NCBI RefSeq assembly: GCF_964355755.1
Contig: NC_092677.1
Span: 17,630,101 to 17,694,100 of the forward strand
DNA from: Antedon mediterranea
Taxonomy: Eukaryota > Animalia > Echinodermata
DNA: 64,000 nt
Reading direction: 5' to 3'
Below, in pieces: positions 15,201 to 25,172 of this stretch. A model generated the notes under the pieces. That model was not told the origin of the DNA, ran no database searches, and worked only from the letters and a program-made list of their open reading frames with translations. Position numbers and translations under genes: made by a program. How positions within the stretch are numbered: position 1 is the first letter of the stretch; each line of letters starts with the position of its first letter.

Positions 15201-18200
15201 CAACAATTTCAATTATTATTAATAATTTCCGCCAAGGAGGTATATGTATATGTATCGGTAGCGTGTGTTAGTTAGCAGGATTACTCAAAAAGTAATTACA
15301 AGATCTTTACCAAAATGAATATACAGATAGATAAGTGGTCAAGGACCATTCCATTAAATTTTGGAACCATGATCCCAATTCTGGACCACTTTTTAGTATA
15401 CTTTTCAGACCTGCTAGTGTTAAAAGATAGAACAGAATTTTTCAAAAGCCGACGAGCAGTCTTAAAGTAACAAGTAAACTGAAATTGCATTTTCTCGAGA
15501 ACTACTTGTCCAAAAAACTTCATTTTTTTACAAGAGGCAAGAGTTATAATTTGTGGTTTTTTATTTTAAAACATAATTTTATTTAATGTTCACGTTTTTT
15601 GATGCGAGTAGTTTAAAAAACCTATTTCTTTTCAAATTTACTCGTTTGATTTTCGCGTTGCTGTTCTTTTGTTAGTCAACTGAAGCTATTGTTAATTGAA
15701 AGGCTTGTTACATAATCATTACACCAAACTCGTATACACATGCTTGTAGTGAAATTAGCCTAAATCACAAACAGCATTAAGACACACACAAATTATATAT
15801 TTTTTTTTTACCGGAGAAATCTTATGTAGGAGAATTTTACAGTAGGCGGAGGTATGCACTCTCGGAGTGGCTTTCTAGTTTCTATATGTGCACGTTTAGA
15901 ATTTGCTAATTCCCTTAAAATTGCTGTACTGAAATTTGCCTGTATTTATACAAATAATTCAATTATTGTATGTATATTATATTATGATCTCATACTATTT
16001 TTGTAAAAAACTTTGTACTATTACAGAAGAAAATTACCCAAAATATAAACTTGAAAGCAAAATTAAATTTTCAGAACAAAGATGTTGTGACAGTTACGAT
16101 ATCTCATGTAATCCTGGAAGCCGACACGCGAGTGATAGAAGATGAGAACATTGAGCGATTATTTGTTGAGTATCGTTTCTTGGGCTGTGTACCCGAGGAG
16201 CTTGAGACGCCATTTGCATTGCCTAAACCAAAGCCTGATCATCGCATCGAGTTCAATTTTAAAAAAGGTAATAATGTTGATTGTAGTTGTTCCTCAATGT
16301 AATGATATGAAAATATATTTTATTTATCTATGGAATGGTGGTTCTTCCCTTTTCCTCCCTATTTTAAATTTAGAGAAACAGAGAACTTTAATATTTTAAT
16401 TCACTGAACATCACTAATACTATAATGTAATGATATTAATTTTTACAGTATTTCATGTTGATCATGAGAACAACCAACTTCAGCGAGATTACCTTGCCAG
16501 CATGTTGCTCCCGGAGGATCCATCTGAAGGAAAGTAAGTTCACCTAACATTGTTCTCTTTCCCAAAAAGAAGTATAATAGTTCAGATGAAGACAGTTGGA
16601 GTCTTTTTCTTGAGAATTCTAGCATAATTTTCTCATCCAGATGCATTATATAAGGCATTTGTTTGAATCAGAAATTAATAACATTCAGATTCAGATTTAT
16701 TTGGTCTGTAAAAATTCATGACAGGCACAATCGCTCACATCAAAATGCAATAACATACTATACAAAATAAACTACAAGTTGATTCAACAGTATTTGTCAT
16801 TGAAAGCACGGATGGAAAAAGGGACGAATGAATTTAGATATCTGTTAGTTCTACATAGTGTGTTATGTAGTCACTTTCCTGACCGTAACCATACATAATC
16901 TTGGTGTAATGAATGTTTATCATTTAGTATAATGCCCTTTTTTGTTTTTCTTACATCAATTTAGATACTTACTGACAGGCCTTATTAATAAATTGCTTGA
17001 AGTTTTCCAACATCTGATTTTTTTAAACTACTAAACCATACAATAGAACAAAAAAGCTCTTTGAACAACTATGAGTGCAATGGTATGAATATTTTCACAA
17101 GGCAAAGCCAAGTGAAAACATTTCACATATTGAAATTATTTGTTCCATTGCACGATTATAAAACATTTTTTTATAACACACCTACTTTTAACAAGAGACT
17201 AGACCAAGGCCTAAACCATTAAAAACGCAGCAATTTTTTTTTATTATTCCCTTCACACTTTCATATGTCTTGCTTATGATCTTTGTTTAATTTCACATCT
17301 CCGTTTCCTTCTCCCATTGGAAATAATTTTACATTTTTTAAATTTAAATTTCTTGATTTTTTCTTTGTTATGTATTTGTATGTTCTTGTTGAATGGATGC
17401 TAAATGAATAAATAAAATAAACGGCGCACACTAGAGGTAGATTGATTATTCGGCAACATATGCCTATAGCATTGTGTTGCGCATGTGGTTGCTCACTGAA
17501 TGTGCAAAACAAAATTACAGTACTCATACATAATCTTGGTGTAATGAATGTTTATCATTTAGTATAATGCCCTTTTTTGTTTTTCTTACATCAATTTAGA
17601 TACTTACTGACAGGCCTTATTAATAAATTGCTTGAAGTTTTCCAACATCTGATTTTCTTAAACTACTAAACCATACAATAGAACAAAAAAGCTCTTTGAA
17701 CAACTATGAGTGCAACATATGCCTATAGCATTGTGTTGCGCATGTGGTTGCTCACTGAAAGTGCAAAACAAAATTACAGTACTCGCATATAACGATGTTG
17801 CACGCTTGATATATCACATGACCCACAATCCTCCAATCAAATGACAAGAATCTAATTAAGTGTTGTAATAACTGGCTACCAGCTTAGTCGCAACCAGTAT
17901 GCAGATAGATTATTATTTGACATTATTTTATACTTTCTAAAGGATTCGTTTTACACTTGTAAGTGAACCAGCAGAGGATAAGCCTGATCTGGAATGTGAA
18001 GACCAGGGATATGCATACGTTGATGTGCAAGAGATATTGAAACAAGGCAGAGATGTGATTGATCTTGATATTGATAGTAAGTCATTATTTTATTTGTAGT
18101 TTGTACGGTAGCTTGGTGTTTAACCAATTCAAGGTCAAAAGTCCAAATCCTGGTGCAGTGCACCTAACTAAATCACAAAACCCATCCATTGTTTAAAAAT

Positions 18201-18561
18201 TGAAATAAAAGACAGGAAGAAGAAATCTTTGTGGTTCAAATCCTGTCTTGTTTTTTTATGGTCAATACACCATCACTACCTAACCCTCATATGAGACTTG
18301 GTTTAGAAAGCATGGGTTTGTCATTCTTTCATTATTTTCTCTTTAATGGAGCAATAATTTTTTTCAAGGATTAAATCCTGTATATATTTTATAATTAACA
18401 AAGGCCTATTATAATTTCTTGTGATTTTGTTGTTTTATATAGTTGCAGATGCCAGCGATCAATCCATTATGATTGGTACAATGAATGTTTCAGTAGAATG
18501 TGTTTCAGCGTTGAGGGCGGTAAACGAAGAGTTACAATATGAAAGTGAGGAGGATGGTTAA
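145..18561 (+). CDS. RPGRIP1L: RPGRIP1L/fantom-like ciliary transition-zone protein, 5'-partial, 24 exons (3447 nt spliced, ~1148 aa + stop)
   Basis: Manually spliced GT-AG exons with consistent phases give one ORF. It carries motifs recalled from vertebrate RPGRIP1L: [109 protein letters not shown]. Confidence 0.95.
445..697 (-). mobile_element. tRNA-derived SINE
   Basis: Minus strand reads A-box-like GTGGCGCAGTGTG, B-box-like GGTTCAGATCC, then GTATCCTTAGGCAAGATACTT...CTCTCCACACAGGTGTATAAATGGGTACC, a body typical of invertebrate SINE2 elements. Confidence 0.75.
2029..2134 (+). CDS. RPGRIP1L: RPGRIP1L exon ([19 protein letters not shown]...LQE)
   Basis: tttcag|G...GAG|gtaaat; coiled coil. 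Confidence 0.9.
2621..2767 (+). CDS. RPGRIP1L: RPGRIP1L exon ([12 protein letters not shown]...RIIAE)
   Basis: ttgcag|AAC...GAG|gtatgt; 49 codons. Confidence 0.9.
2998..3071 (+). CDS. RPGRIP1L: RPGRIP1L exon ([24 protein letters not shown])
   Basis: ctacag|CTT...AG|gtttgt. Confidence 0.9.
3769..3908 (+). CDS. RPGRIP1L: RPGRIP1L exon ([10 protein letters not shown]...KLTEER)
   Basis: ctgcag|T...G|gtgagt. Confidence 0.93.
3961..4225. mobile_element. Degenerate Tc1/mariner-like MITE
   Basis: Imperfect TIRs TACAGTAAATCCC / GGGTTTTATTGTA with internal GGGACAC...GTGTCCC palindromes. Confidence 0.4.
4329..4486 (+). CDS. RPGRIP1L: RPGRIP1L exon ([13 protein letters not shown]...EALVLVK)
   Basis: tttag|AA...AAG|gtgaaa. 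Confidence 0.9.
4841..4907 (+). CDS. RPGRIP1L: RPGRIP1L exon ([22 protein letters not shown])
   Basis: tattag|AGG...G|gtaggt. Confidence 0.9.
5640..5860 (+). CDS. RPGRIP1L: RPGRIP1L exon ([12 protein letters not shown]...DIRAARIK)
   Basis: ttaaag|AT...AAG|gtaagt. Confidence 0.92.
6302..6373 (+). CDS. RPGRIP1L: RPGRIP1L exon ([24 protein letters not shown])
   Basis: atctag|AAA...GAG|gttagt. Confidence 0.92.
6399..8372. repeat. Intronic minisatellite, 42-bp unit x ~47
   Basis: Unit TGAACCTCAAGTGCA(A/C)TGCTGAAGATATTGA(A/G)CATGATGTCA. Confidence 0.98.
8666..8746 (+). CDS. RPGRIP1L: RPGRIP1L exon ([27 protein letters not shown]), start of first C2
   Basis: ttgcag|ATG...AAG|gtaata. Confidence 0.9.
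8838..8953 (+). CDS. RPGRIP1L: RPGRIP1L exon (IEFSQEG...[21 protein letters not shown])
   Basis: ttgtag|ATT...AG|gtgatg. Confidence 0.9.
9426..9720 (+). CDS. RPGRIP1L: RPGRIP1L exon ([11 protein letters not shown]...DQALRLFR)
   Basis: tttcag|A...AGA|gtacgt; C2 domain. Confidence 0.95.
10002..10167 (+). CDS. RPGRIP1L: RPGRIP1L exon ([12 protein letters not shown]...[18 protein letters not shown])
   Basis: ctatag|GAA...G|gtagaa. Confidence 0.92.
10339..10493 (+). CDS. RPGRIP1L: RPGRIP1L exon ([14 protein letters not shown]...DLDRYLKTE)
   Basis: ccacag|GT...GAG|gtatga; second C2. Confidence 0.94.
10960..11085 (+). CDS. RPGRIP1L: RPGRIP1L exon (SLQVYMFDD...IKGTFELKQ)
   Basis: attcag|AGT...CAG|gtactt. 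Confidence 0.92.
11567..11665 (+). CDS. RPGRIP1L: RPGRIP1L exon ([22 protein letters not shown]...)
   Basis: tttaag|AAA...ACA|gtaagt. Confidence 0.88.
11970..12215 (+). CDS. RPGRIP1L: RPGRIP1L exon, Pro-rich linker
   Basis: ttatag|CTT...ACT|gtaagt; 82 codons, phase 0-0. Confidence 0.8.
12780..12905. repeat. 41-42-bp tandem repeat x3
   Basis: GAAAAATGTGAAGTATACATAGCCAGTAATTGAAGCCTCTT. Confidence 0.85.
13039..13149 (+). CDS. RPGRIP1L: RPGRIP1L exon, Pro-rich linker
   Basis: gcctag|AAC...CAG|gtttgt; 37 codons, phase 0-0. Confidence 0.7.
13610..13834 (+). CDS. RPGRIP1L: RPGRIP1L exon, acidic linker
   Basis: caatag|TTT...CAG|gttggt; 75 codons, phase 0-0. Confidence 0.78.
14805..15044 (+). CDS. 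RPGRIP1L: RPGRIP1L exon, acidic linker
   Basis: tttcag|TTT...GCG|gtaaga; 80 codons, phase 0-0. Confidence 0.85.
15225..15878 (+). mobile_element. Non-autonomous Helitron/Helentron-like (DINE-1/HINE-type) element, copy 1
   Basis: Sub-terminal inverted repeat TCCGCC / GGCGGA, 3' hairpin CACTC-TCG-GAGTG, ends TTCTAG in T-rich target; near-identical to 32619-33282. Confidence 0.7.
16075..16267 (+). CDS. RPGRIP1L: RPGRIP1L exon, RID/C-terminal C2 ([11 protein letters not shown]...ETPFALPKP)
   Basis: tttcag|AAC...G|gtaata. Confidence 0.93.
16449..16533 (+). CDS. RPGRIP1L: RPGRIP1L exon ([27 protein letters not shown])
   Basis: ttacag|TA...AA|gtaagt. Confidence 0.9.
17943..18076 (+). CDS. RPGRIP1L: RPGRIP1L exon ([27 protein letters not shown]...)
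   Basis: ctaaag|G...A|gtaagt. Confidence 0.92.
18443..18561 (+). CDS. RPGRIP1L: RPGRIP1L last coding exon (...[29 protein letters not shown])
   Basis: atatag|TT...TAA. Confidence 0.92.
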
Positions 18562-19075
18562 AGAAGAATGCTATTCCAGGAATACATTGCAGATAAAAAT
18601 ATATCAAGGGTCAAAGTTCAAATTAACATTAACCACTAAACAGACGAAAAGTGAATAGTATAACTTGATTGAACAACATTTTACATGTTAAAGCATTATT
18701 TATATTTATACACACTGTGCCTTTGAATGGCTAAATCATAATTTATTTTTCTGACATACACACTTTAATGGTAATTTATAGAATTTAAATTAAATGAGTA
18801 TTGCTTTTGCCAAATGCGATAAAGAGTAATCTCATGTACTTTCACCTAGATGAGGAAAAAGTACGGTTATCAGTTTCATTTTTAGACCGATAACTTACAA
18901 AATATGTTTAAAACAAGGACAATTAGGTATTATTATCTCTACTGTTCATCCAATGATAAATATTTAGACGCGATGTCAGAATATCTGGCTGTAGGAGGAG
19001 CATCATGGGGTTCAGTTTAGGCAAACTTTAAGAATATCCAGAGTATTTCCTCTACAGTAAAATAATTTATATTAA

Positions 19076-19238
19076 AGCTTGGTTCCCACGAACGTAAACG
19101 CAACGCAAGCGTTTTAACCAATGACAACTGAAGTTATAGACAGTTAGCAATCACAAGCGAATAAGCCATCGCTTGTGATTGGTCAATTTACTTGCGTTGC
19201 GTTATGTCCTTGTGTTGCGTTGCTAGTGGGAACCATGC
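19076..19238. mobile_element. Palindromic MITE, PIF/Harbinger-like
   Basis: TIR AGCTTGGTTCCCAC / GTGGGAACCATGCT preceded by TAA; second copy at 22927-23100. Confidence 0.75.
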
Positions 19239-19367
19239 TTACGTAGAATAATTTCACTAGTAACGCTATGTTTGCTGTGTACCATGTGGTTCTAAAAGGA
19301 AATAAAAAGTAAGGTTGTCTCTGCAAGCCTAACTTTAATAGTATTTATTTGCCATGCAAACCTTTAA

Positions 19368-19892
19368 AGATGTATTGTCCCTTTGACTAATTCCAGAAAA
19401 AATAAAATAAAATATTTCGAAAAAAAGTGTCATTTGAAGTATCATAATAGTTATTAACTTTCATCAAAAATTAGTCGGAAAAAAAAATCATTTAACTGAA
19501 ATACACTCAAATAACTTTGACTTCCAGTCAAAGTTTTCGATCAAAACATATCTAATAATGCAACACGCTTGTTTGGCTACTCTGTATGCATAATCATAAA
19601 ACTTCCTCGCGATCTGTGTGAAAACACCTTCTCAACCGTGACGAGTTGTAAACAATCCTAATTAGCATCATGCATAATGTATACTCATGGTTTGAAATCT
19701 TTGTTTACTTTCACTCGTGACGATTTTGCAAACGAAATGTAATCAAATTAATTTACCTGTTAATTACATAAACTTGTTTTTGGTTTGAATTTTTGATTTA
19801 AAGTGAATAACTTTAATATTACTTTGATATAGCCAATTTAAATTTAGAATATTTTGACCTTTATTTTTTGTGTTTCAAGGGACAATACATCT
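19368..19892. mobile_element. Kolobok-like MITE
   Basis: TIR AGATGTATTGTCCCTT / AAGGGACAATACATCT, flanked by TTAA/GTAA; inverted copy at 60211-60756. Confidence 0.75.
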
Positions 19893-20299
19893 GTAAGCAA
19901 CATTAGAAACATTTCATAATGCAATTTTATTGTATATATTAGTGTATATTTTGTTTGTAAATATTGAAATTAGATGTATGTTGTACTATATTTAGTTGGT
20001 ATAAATTGTGTTTATCAACTTATGCAGGATAACAATTGAAATGGTCTGTAATAAACATTGTATGTGTATACATAAATTTGAAAGGCAATGAGACTGTAAT
20101 TGAGCAATGATATACAGGAAATTAATTCATAACATCAATAACATTATGCAATGTAATCACACATTTAGCAATATTAGTGCATCATTGAAATGTGAAAAGT
20201 CCCAAATTTTGTGTTATTTTTGTTTTATGTTTCTGCTCATGGCATTGTTGTGGCCATGGTTTTGTTGTCAGCTATAAAGAATGTTTACGTTAAGTTTTT

Positions 20300-23268
20300 A
20301 TCATCACACCTTTTTACGTTAGTTATCAAACCTTGTTACGTTGGTTATCATCACATCTTGTTACGTTGGTTATCATCACACCTTGTTACGTTGGTTATCA
20401 TCACATCTTGTTACGTTGGTTATCATCACATCTTGTTACGTTTGTTATATCACATCTTGTTACGTTTGTTACTTCACATCTTGTTACGTTTGTTACTTCA
20501 CATCTTGTTACGTTGGTTATCATCACATCTTGTTACGTTGGTTATCATCACATCTTGTTACGTTTGTTATATCACATCTTGTTACGTTGGTTACATCACA
20601 TCTTGTTACGTTTGTTACATCACATCTTGTTACGTTGGTTACATCACATCTTGTTACGTTTGTTACATCACATCTTGTTACGTTGGTTACATTACATCTT
20701 GTTACGTTGGTTACATCACATCTTGTTACGTTTGTTACATTACATCTTGTTACGTTGGTTACATCACATCTTGTTACGTTTGTTACATCACATCTTGTTA
20801 CGTTTGTTACATTACATCTTGTTACGTTTGTTACATCACATCTTGTTACGTTTGTTACATTACATCTTGTTACGTTTGTTACATCACATCTTGTTACGTT
20901 TGTTACATCACATCTTGTTACGTTTGTTACATCACATCTTGTTACGTTTGTTACATCACATCTTGTTACGTTTGTTACATCACATCTTGTTACGTTTGTT
21001 ACATTACATCTTGTTACGTTTGTTACATCACATCTTGTTACGTTTGTTACATTACATCTAGTTACGTTTGTTACATTACATCTTGTTACGTTTGTTACAT
21101 CACATCTTGTTACGTTGGTTACATCACATCTTGTTACGTTTGTTACATCACATCTTGTTACGTTTGTTACATCACATCTTGTTACGTTTGTTACATTACA
21201 TCTTGTTACGTTTGTTACATCACATCTTGTTACGTTTGTTACATCACATCTTGTTACGTTGGTTACATCACATCTTGTTACGTTTGTTACATCACATCTT
21301 GTTACGTTGGTTACATCACATCTTGTTACGTTTGTTACATCACATCTTGTTACGTTTGTTACATTACATCTTGTTACGTTGGTTACATCACATCTTGTTA
21401 CGTTTGTTACATTACATCTTGTTACGTTTGTTACATTACATCTTGTTACGTTTGTTACATTACATCTTGTTACGTTTGTTACATCACATCTTGTTACGTT
21501 TGTTACATCACATCTTGTTACGTTTGTTACATTACATCTTGTTACGTTGGTTACATCACATCTTGTTACGTTTGTTACATTACATCTTGTTACGTTTGTT
21601 ACATCACATCTTGTTACGTTTGTTACATTACATCTTGTTACGTTGGTTACATCACATCTTGTTACGTTTGTTACATCACATCTTGTTACGTTGGTTACAT
21701 CACATCTTGTTACGTTTGTTACATCACATCTTGTTACGTTTGTTACATCACATCTTGTTACGTTGGTTACATCACATCTTGTTACGTTTGTTACATCACA
21801 TCTTGTTACGTTTGTTACATTACATCTAGTTACGTTTGTTACATCACATCTTGTTACGTTGGTTACATCACATCTTGTTACGTTTGTTACATCACATCTT
21901 GTTACGTTTGTTACATCACATCTTGTTACGTTGGTTACATCACATCTTGTTACGTTTGTTACATCACATCTTGTTACGTTTGTTACATCACATCTTGTTA
22001 CGTTGGTTACATCACATCTTGTTACGTTTGTTACATCACATCTTGTTACGTTTGTTACATCACATCTTGTTACGTTTGTTACATCACATCTTGTTACGTT
22101 TGTTACATCACATCTTGTTACGTTTGTTACATCACATCTTGTTACGTTTGTTACATCACATCTTGTTACGTTTGTTACATCACATCTTGTTACGTTGGTT
22201 ACATCACATCTTGTTACGTTTGTTACATCACATCTTGTTACGTTGGTTACATCACATCTTGTTACGTTTGTTACATCACATCTTGTTACGTTTGTTATAT
22301 CACATCTTGTTACGTTGGTTACATCACATCTTGTTACGTTTGTTACATCACATCTTGTTACGTTTGTTATATCACATCTTGTTACGTTGGTTACATTACA
22401 TCTTGTTACGTTGGTTACATCACATCTTGTTACGTTTGTTATATCACATCTTGTTACGTTGGTTACATCACATCTTGTTACGTTTGTTATATCACATCTT
22501 GTTACGTTGGTTACATTACATCTTGTTACGTTGGTTACATCACATCTTGTTACGTTTGTTATATCACATCTTGTTACGTTGGTTACATTACATCTTGTTA
22601 CGTTGGTTACATCACATCTTGTTACGTTGGTTACATCACATCTTGTTACGTTTGTTACATCACATCTTGTTACGTTTGTTACATCACATCTTGTTACGTT
22701 GGTTACATCACATCTTGTTACGTTTGTTACATTACATCTTGTTACGTTGGTTACATCACATCTTGTTACGTTTGTTACATCACATCTTGTTACGTTTGTT
22801 ACATCACATCTTGTTACGTTGGTTACATCACATCTTGTTACGTTGGTTACATCACATCTTGTTACGTTGGTTACATCACATCTTGTTACGTTTGTTACAT
22901 CACATCTTGTTACGTTTGTTACATAAAGCTTAGTTCCCACTAGAACGTAACGCAAGGACGTAAACGCAATGCAAGCGTTTTAACCAATGACAAGCGAAGT
23001 TATAGACAGTTAGCAATCACAAGTGAATAAGCCATCGCTTGTGATTGGTCAATTCACTTGCGTTGCGTTACGTCCTTGCGTCGCTAGTGAGAACCACGCT
23101 TTACATCTTGTTACGTTAGTTACGTCACATCTTGTTACGTTTGTTACATCACATGTTGTTACGTTTGTTACATCACTTCTTGTTACTTGGTTACATCACA
23201 TCTTCTTACGTTGGTTATCATCACATCTAGTTACGTTTGTTACATTACATCTTGTTACGTTGGTTACA
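20300..23268. repeat. Satellite, 24-bp unit (>100 copies)
   Basis: Unit TCACATCTTGTTACGTT(T/G)GTTACA; 25-bp variants at both edges; interrupted by a MITE at 22927-23100. Confidence 0.98.
22927..23100. mobile_element. Palindromic MITE, PIF/Harbinger-like, inserted in the satellite
   Basis: Same family as 19076-19238; flanked by TAA/TTA. Confidence 0.78.
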
Positions 23269-24350
23269 TTTTTCGACCCCTTTACTTTTTGACATAAATG
23301 GTTATTATAACACAATAAACATGCGCAGAGTCGAATACAGGGATTTTTTTCCAAAAAATGGCTACTTTTCGACCGTTTTACTTTTCGATAAAACTGGTTA
23401 CTATAGCACAATTGACATGCGCAGAACCCATTATTCGACTCTGCACATGTTTATTATGCTATAGTAACCATTTATGTCAAAAGTGGTTACTATAGCACAA
23501 TTGACATTCGCAGAACCCATTATTCGACTCTGCGCATGTTTATTATGCTATAGTACCCATTTATGTCAAAAATTAAAAGTGTCGAAAATCGGCAATTTTT
23601 CAAAAATTTCCCTGTACTATATAGTACAGGGATTTTTTCCAAAAAAAGGTAATTTTCGACCTTTTTACTTTTCGATAAAACTGGTTACTATAGCACAATT
23701 GACATGCTCAGAACCCATTATTCGACTCTGCGCATGTTTATTATGCTATAGTAACCATTTATGTCAAAAGTGGTTACTATAGCACAATTGACATGCGCAG
23801 AACCCATTATTCGTCTCTGCGCATGTTTATTATGCTATAGTAACCATTTATGTCAAAAAATAAAAGGGTCGAAAATCGGACATTTTTCTAAAAACTTCCC
23901 TGTACTATAGTACAGGAATTTTTTTCCAAAAAAACCTAATTTTCGACCTTTTTACTTTTCGATAAAACTGGTTACTATAGCACAATTGACACGCGCAGAA
24001 CCCATTATTCGACTCTGCGCATGTTTATTATACTATAGTAACCATTTATGTCAAAAAATAAAAAGAGTCGAAAATCGGCCATTTTTCGAAAATTCCCCTG
24101 TACTATAAGTACAGAATTTTTTTTCCAAAAAAGAGCTAATTTTCGACCTTTTTACTTTTCGATAAAACTGGTTACTATAGCAAAATTGACGCGTGCAGAA
24201 CCCATTATTCGACTCTGCGCATGTTTATTATGCTATAGTAACCATTTATGTCAAAAACTGGTTACTATAGCACAATTGACATGCGCAGAACCTATTATTC
24301 GATTCGGCGATTTCATTCTATTAAGGCCAATAAGGCACGATTTACTAATA

Positions 24351-25172
24351 GGGCCTGTTTCTGCTGCAACTGCTCAAAATACGGTATAAAAATACGGTAT
24401 AAAATACGGTATTTTTTATACCGTATTTTTTAGTACCCCGTTTCTGCTAACAATACTTCTTGGGTGGTCGTGTTAAATTTCATCTTTTTTACCCCAATTG
24501 CCATTCATTTATTTGATCGATAATTAAAAGTCGCAATAAAGGAAGTTTTACGTCTCACTTTCAACAGCCTAGTCCTAGTGATAGAGATGTTGTGAGAGCA
24601 CTGATAGCATCGTAATGGGGACAATTAATTCGTTCCCTCCCCGAGTTATTGTATTTTGCAATGTTGTACTGCTTTCGCAGGCTCTTCAGCTTTGAGTTTA
24701 CTTGCTTTGGAGACAAGTCTATTCCATACTCCTGCTTTATTTTTTTAGAAATATCTTTATAAATGTGGTTGTCCCTTTTATTACCTTTTAGTTGGCCAGA
24801 CATTTTAGCTTCCCCACACACATTTATTTAGTAAAACTGTGACGTCTTCGCTCCAAATTTTCGCCAAATATATCTATACATGTGTATAAAGCAGCTGACA
24901 GCGACAGAAAATAAAAACACGAATGGTGACCTTTTGTCATGTAAAAAAAAATACGGTATTTTTTATTGGCAGCAGAAACGGGTACAAAAAATACGGTATA
25001 AATTTGTAAATACCGTATTTTATCCACAAATTTTGTGGGGAAAATACGGTATACAAAATACGGTATATTTTTTATGAGCGCAGTTTCTGCTGCCAAAAAT
25101 ATACCGTATATATACGGTATTCAAAAAATACCGTATAATATACGGTATTTAGTTGGCAGCAGAAACAGGGCC
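24351..25172 (-). mobile_element. Non-autonomous PIF/Harbinger element carrying a Myb/SANT-like ORF remnant
   Basis: TIR GGGCCTGTTTCTGCTGC / GCAGCAGAAACAGGGCC, 3-bp ATA flanks, AAATACGGTAT subterminal repeats. Confidence 0.75.
24561..24865 (-). pseudogene. Myb/SANT-like (trihelix) DNA-binding domain remnant
   Basis: KIWSEDVTVLL / GEAKMSGQLKGNKRDNHIYKDISKKIKQEYGIDLSPKQVNSKLKSLRKQY...CPHYD, frameshifted. Confidence 0.7.

Noticed and set aside
20211-22955. 810-910 aa ORFs (YITSCYVC, VTSHLVTF, VTNVTRCD repeats)
   Set aside because: Artifacts of a stop-poor 24-bp satellite, open in several frames at once
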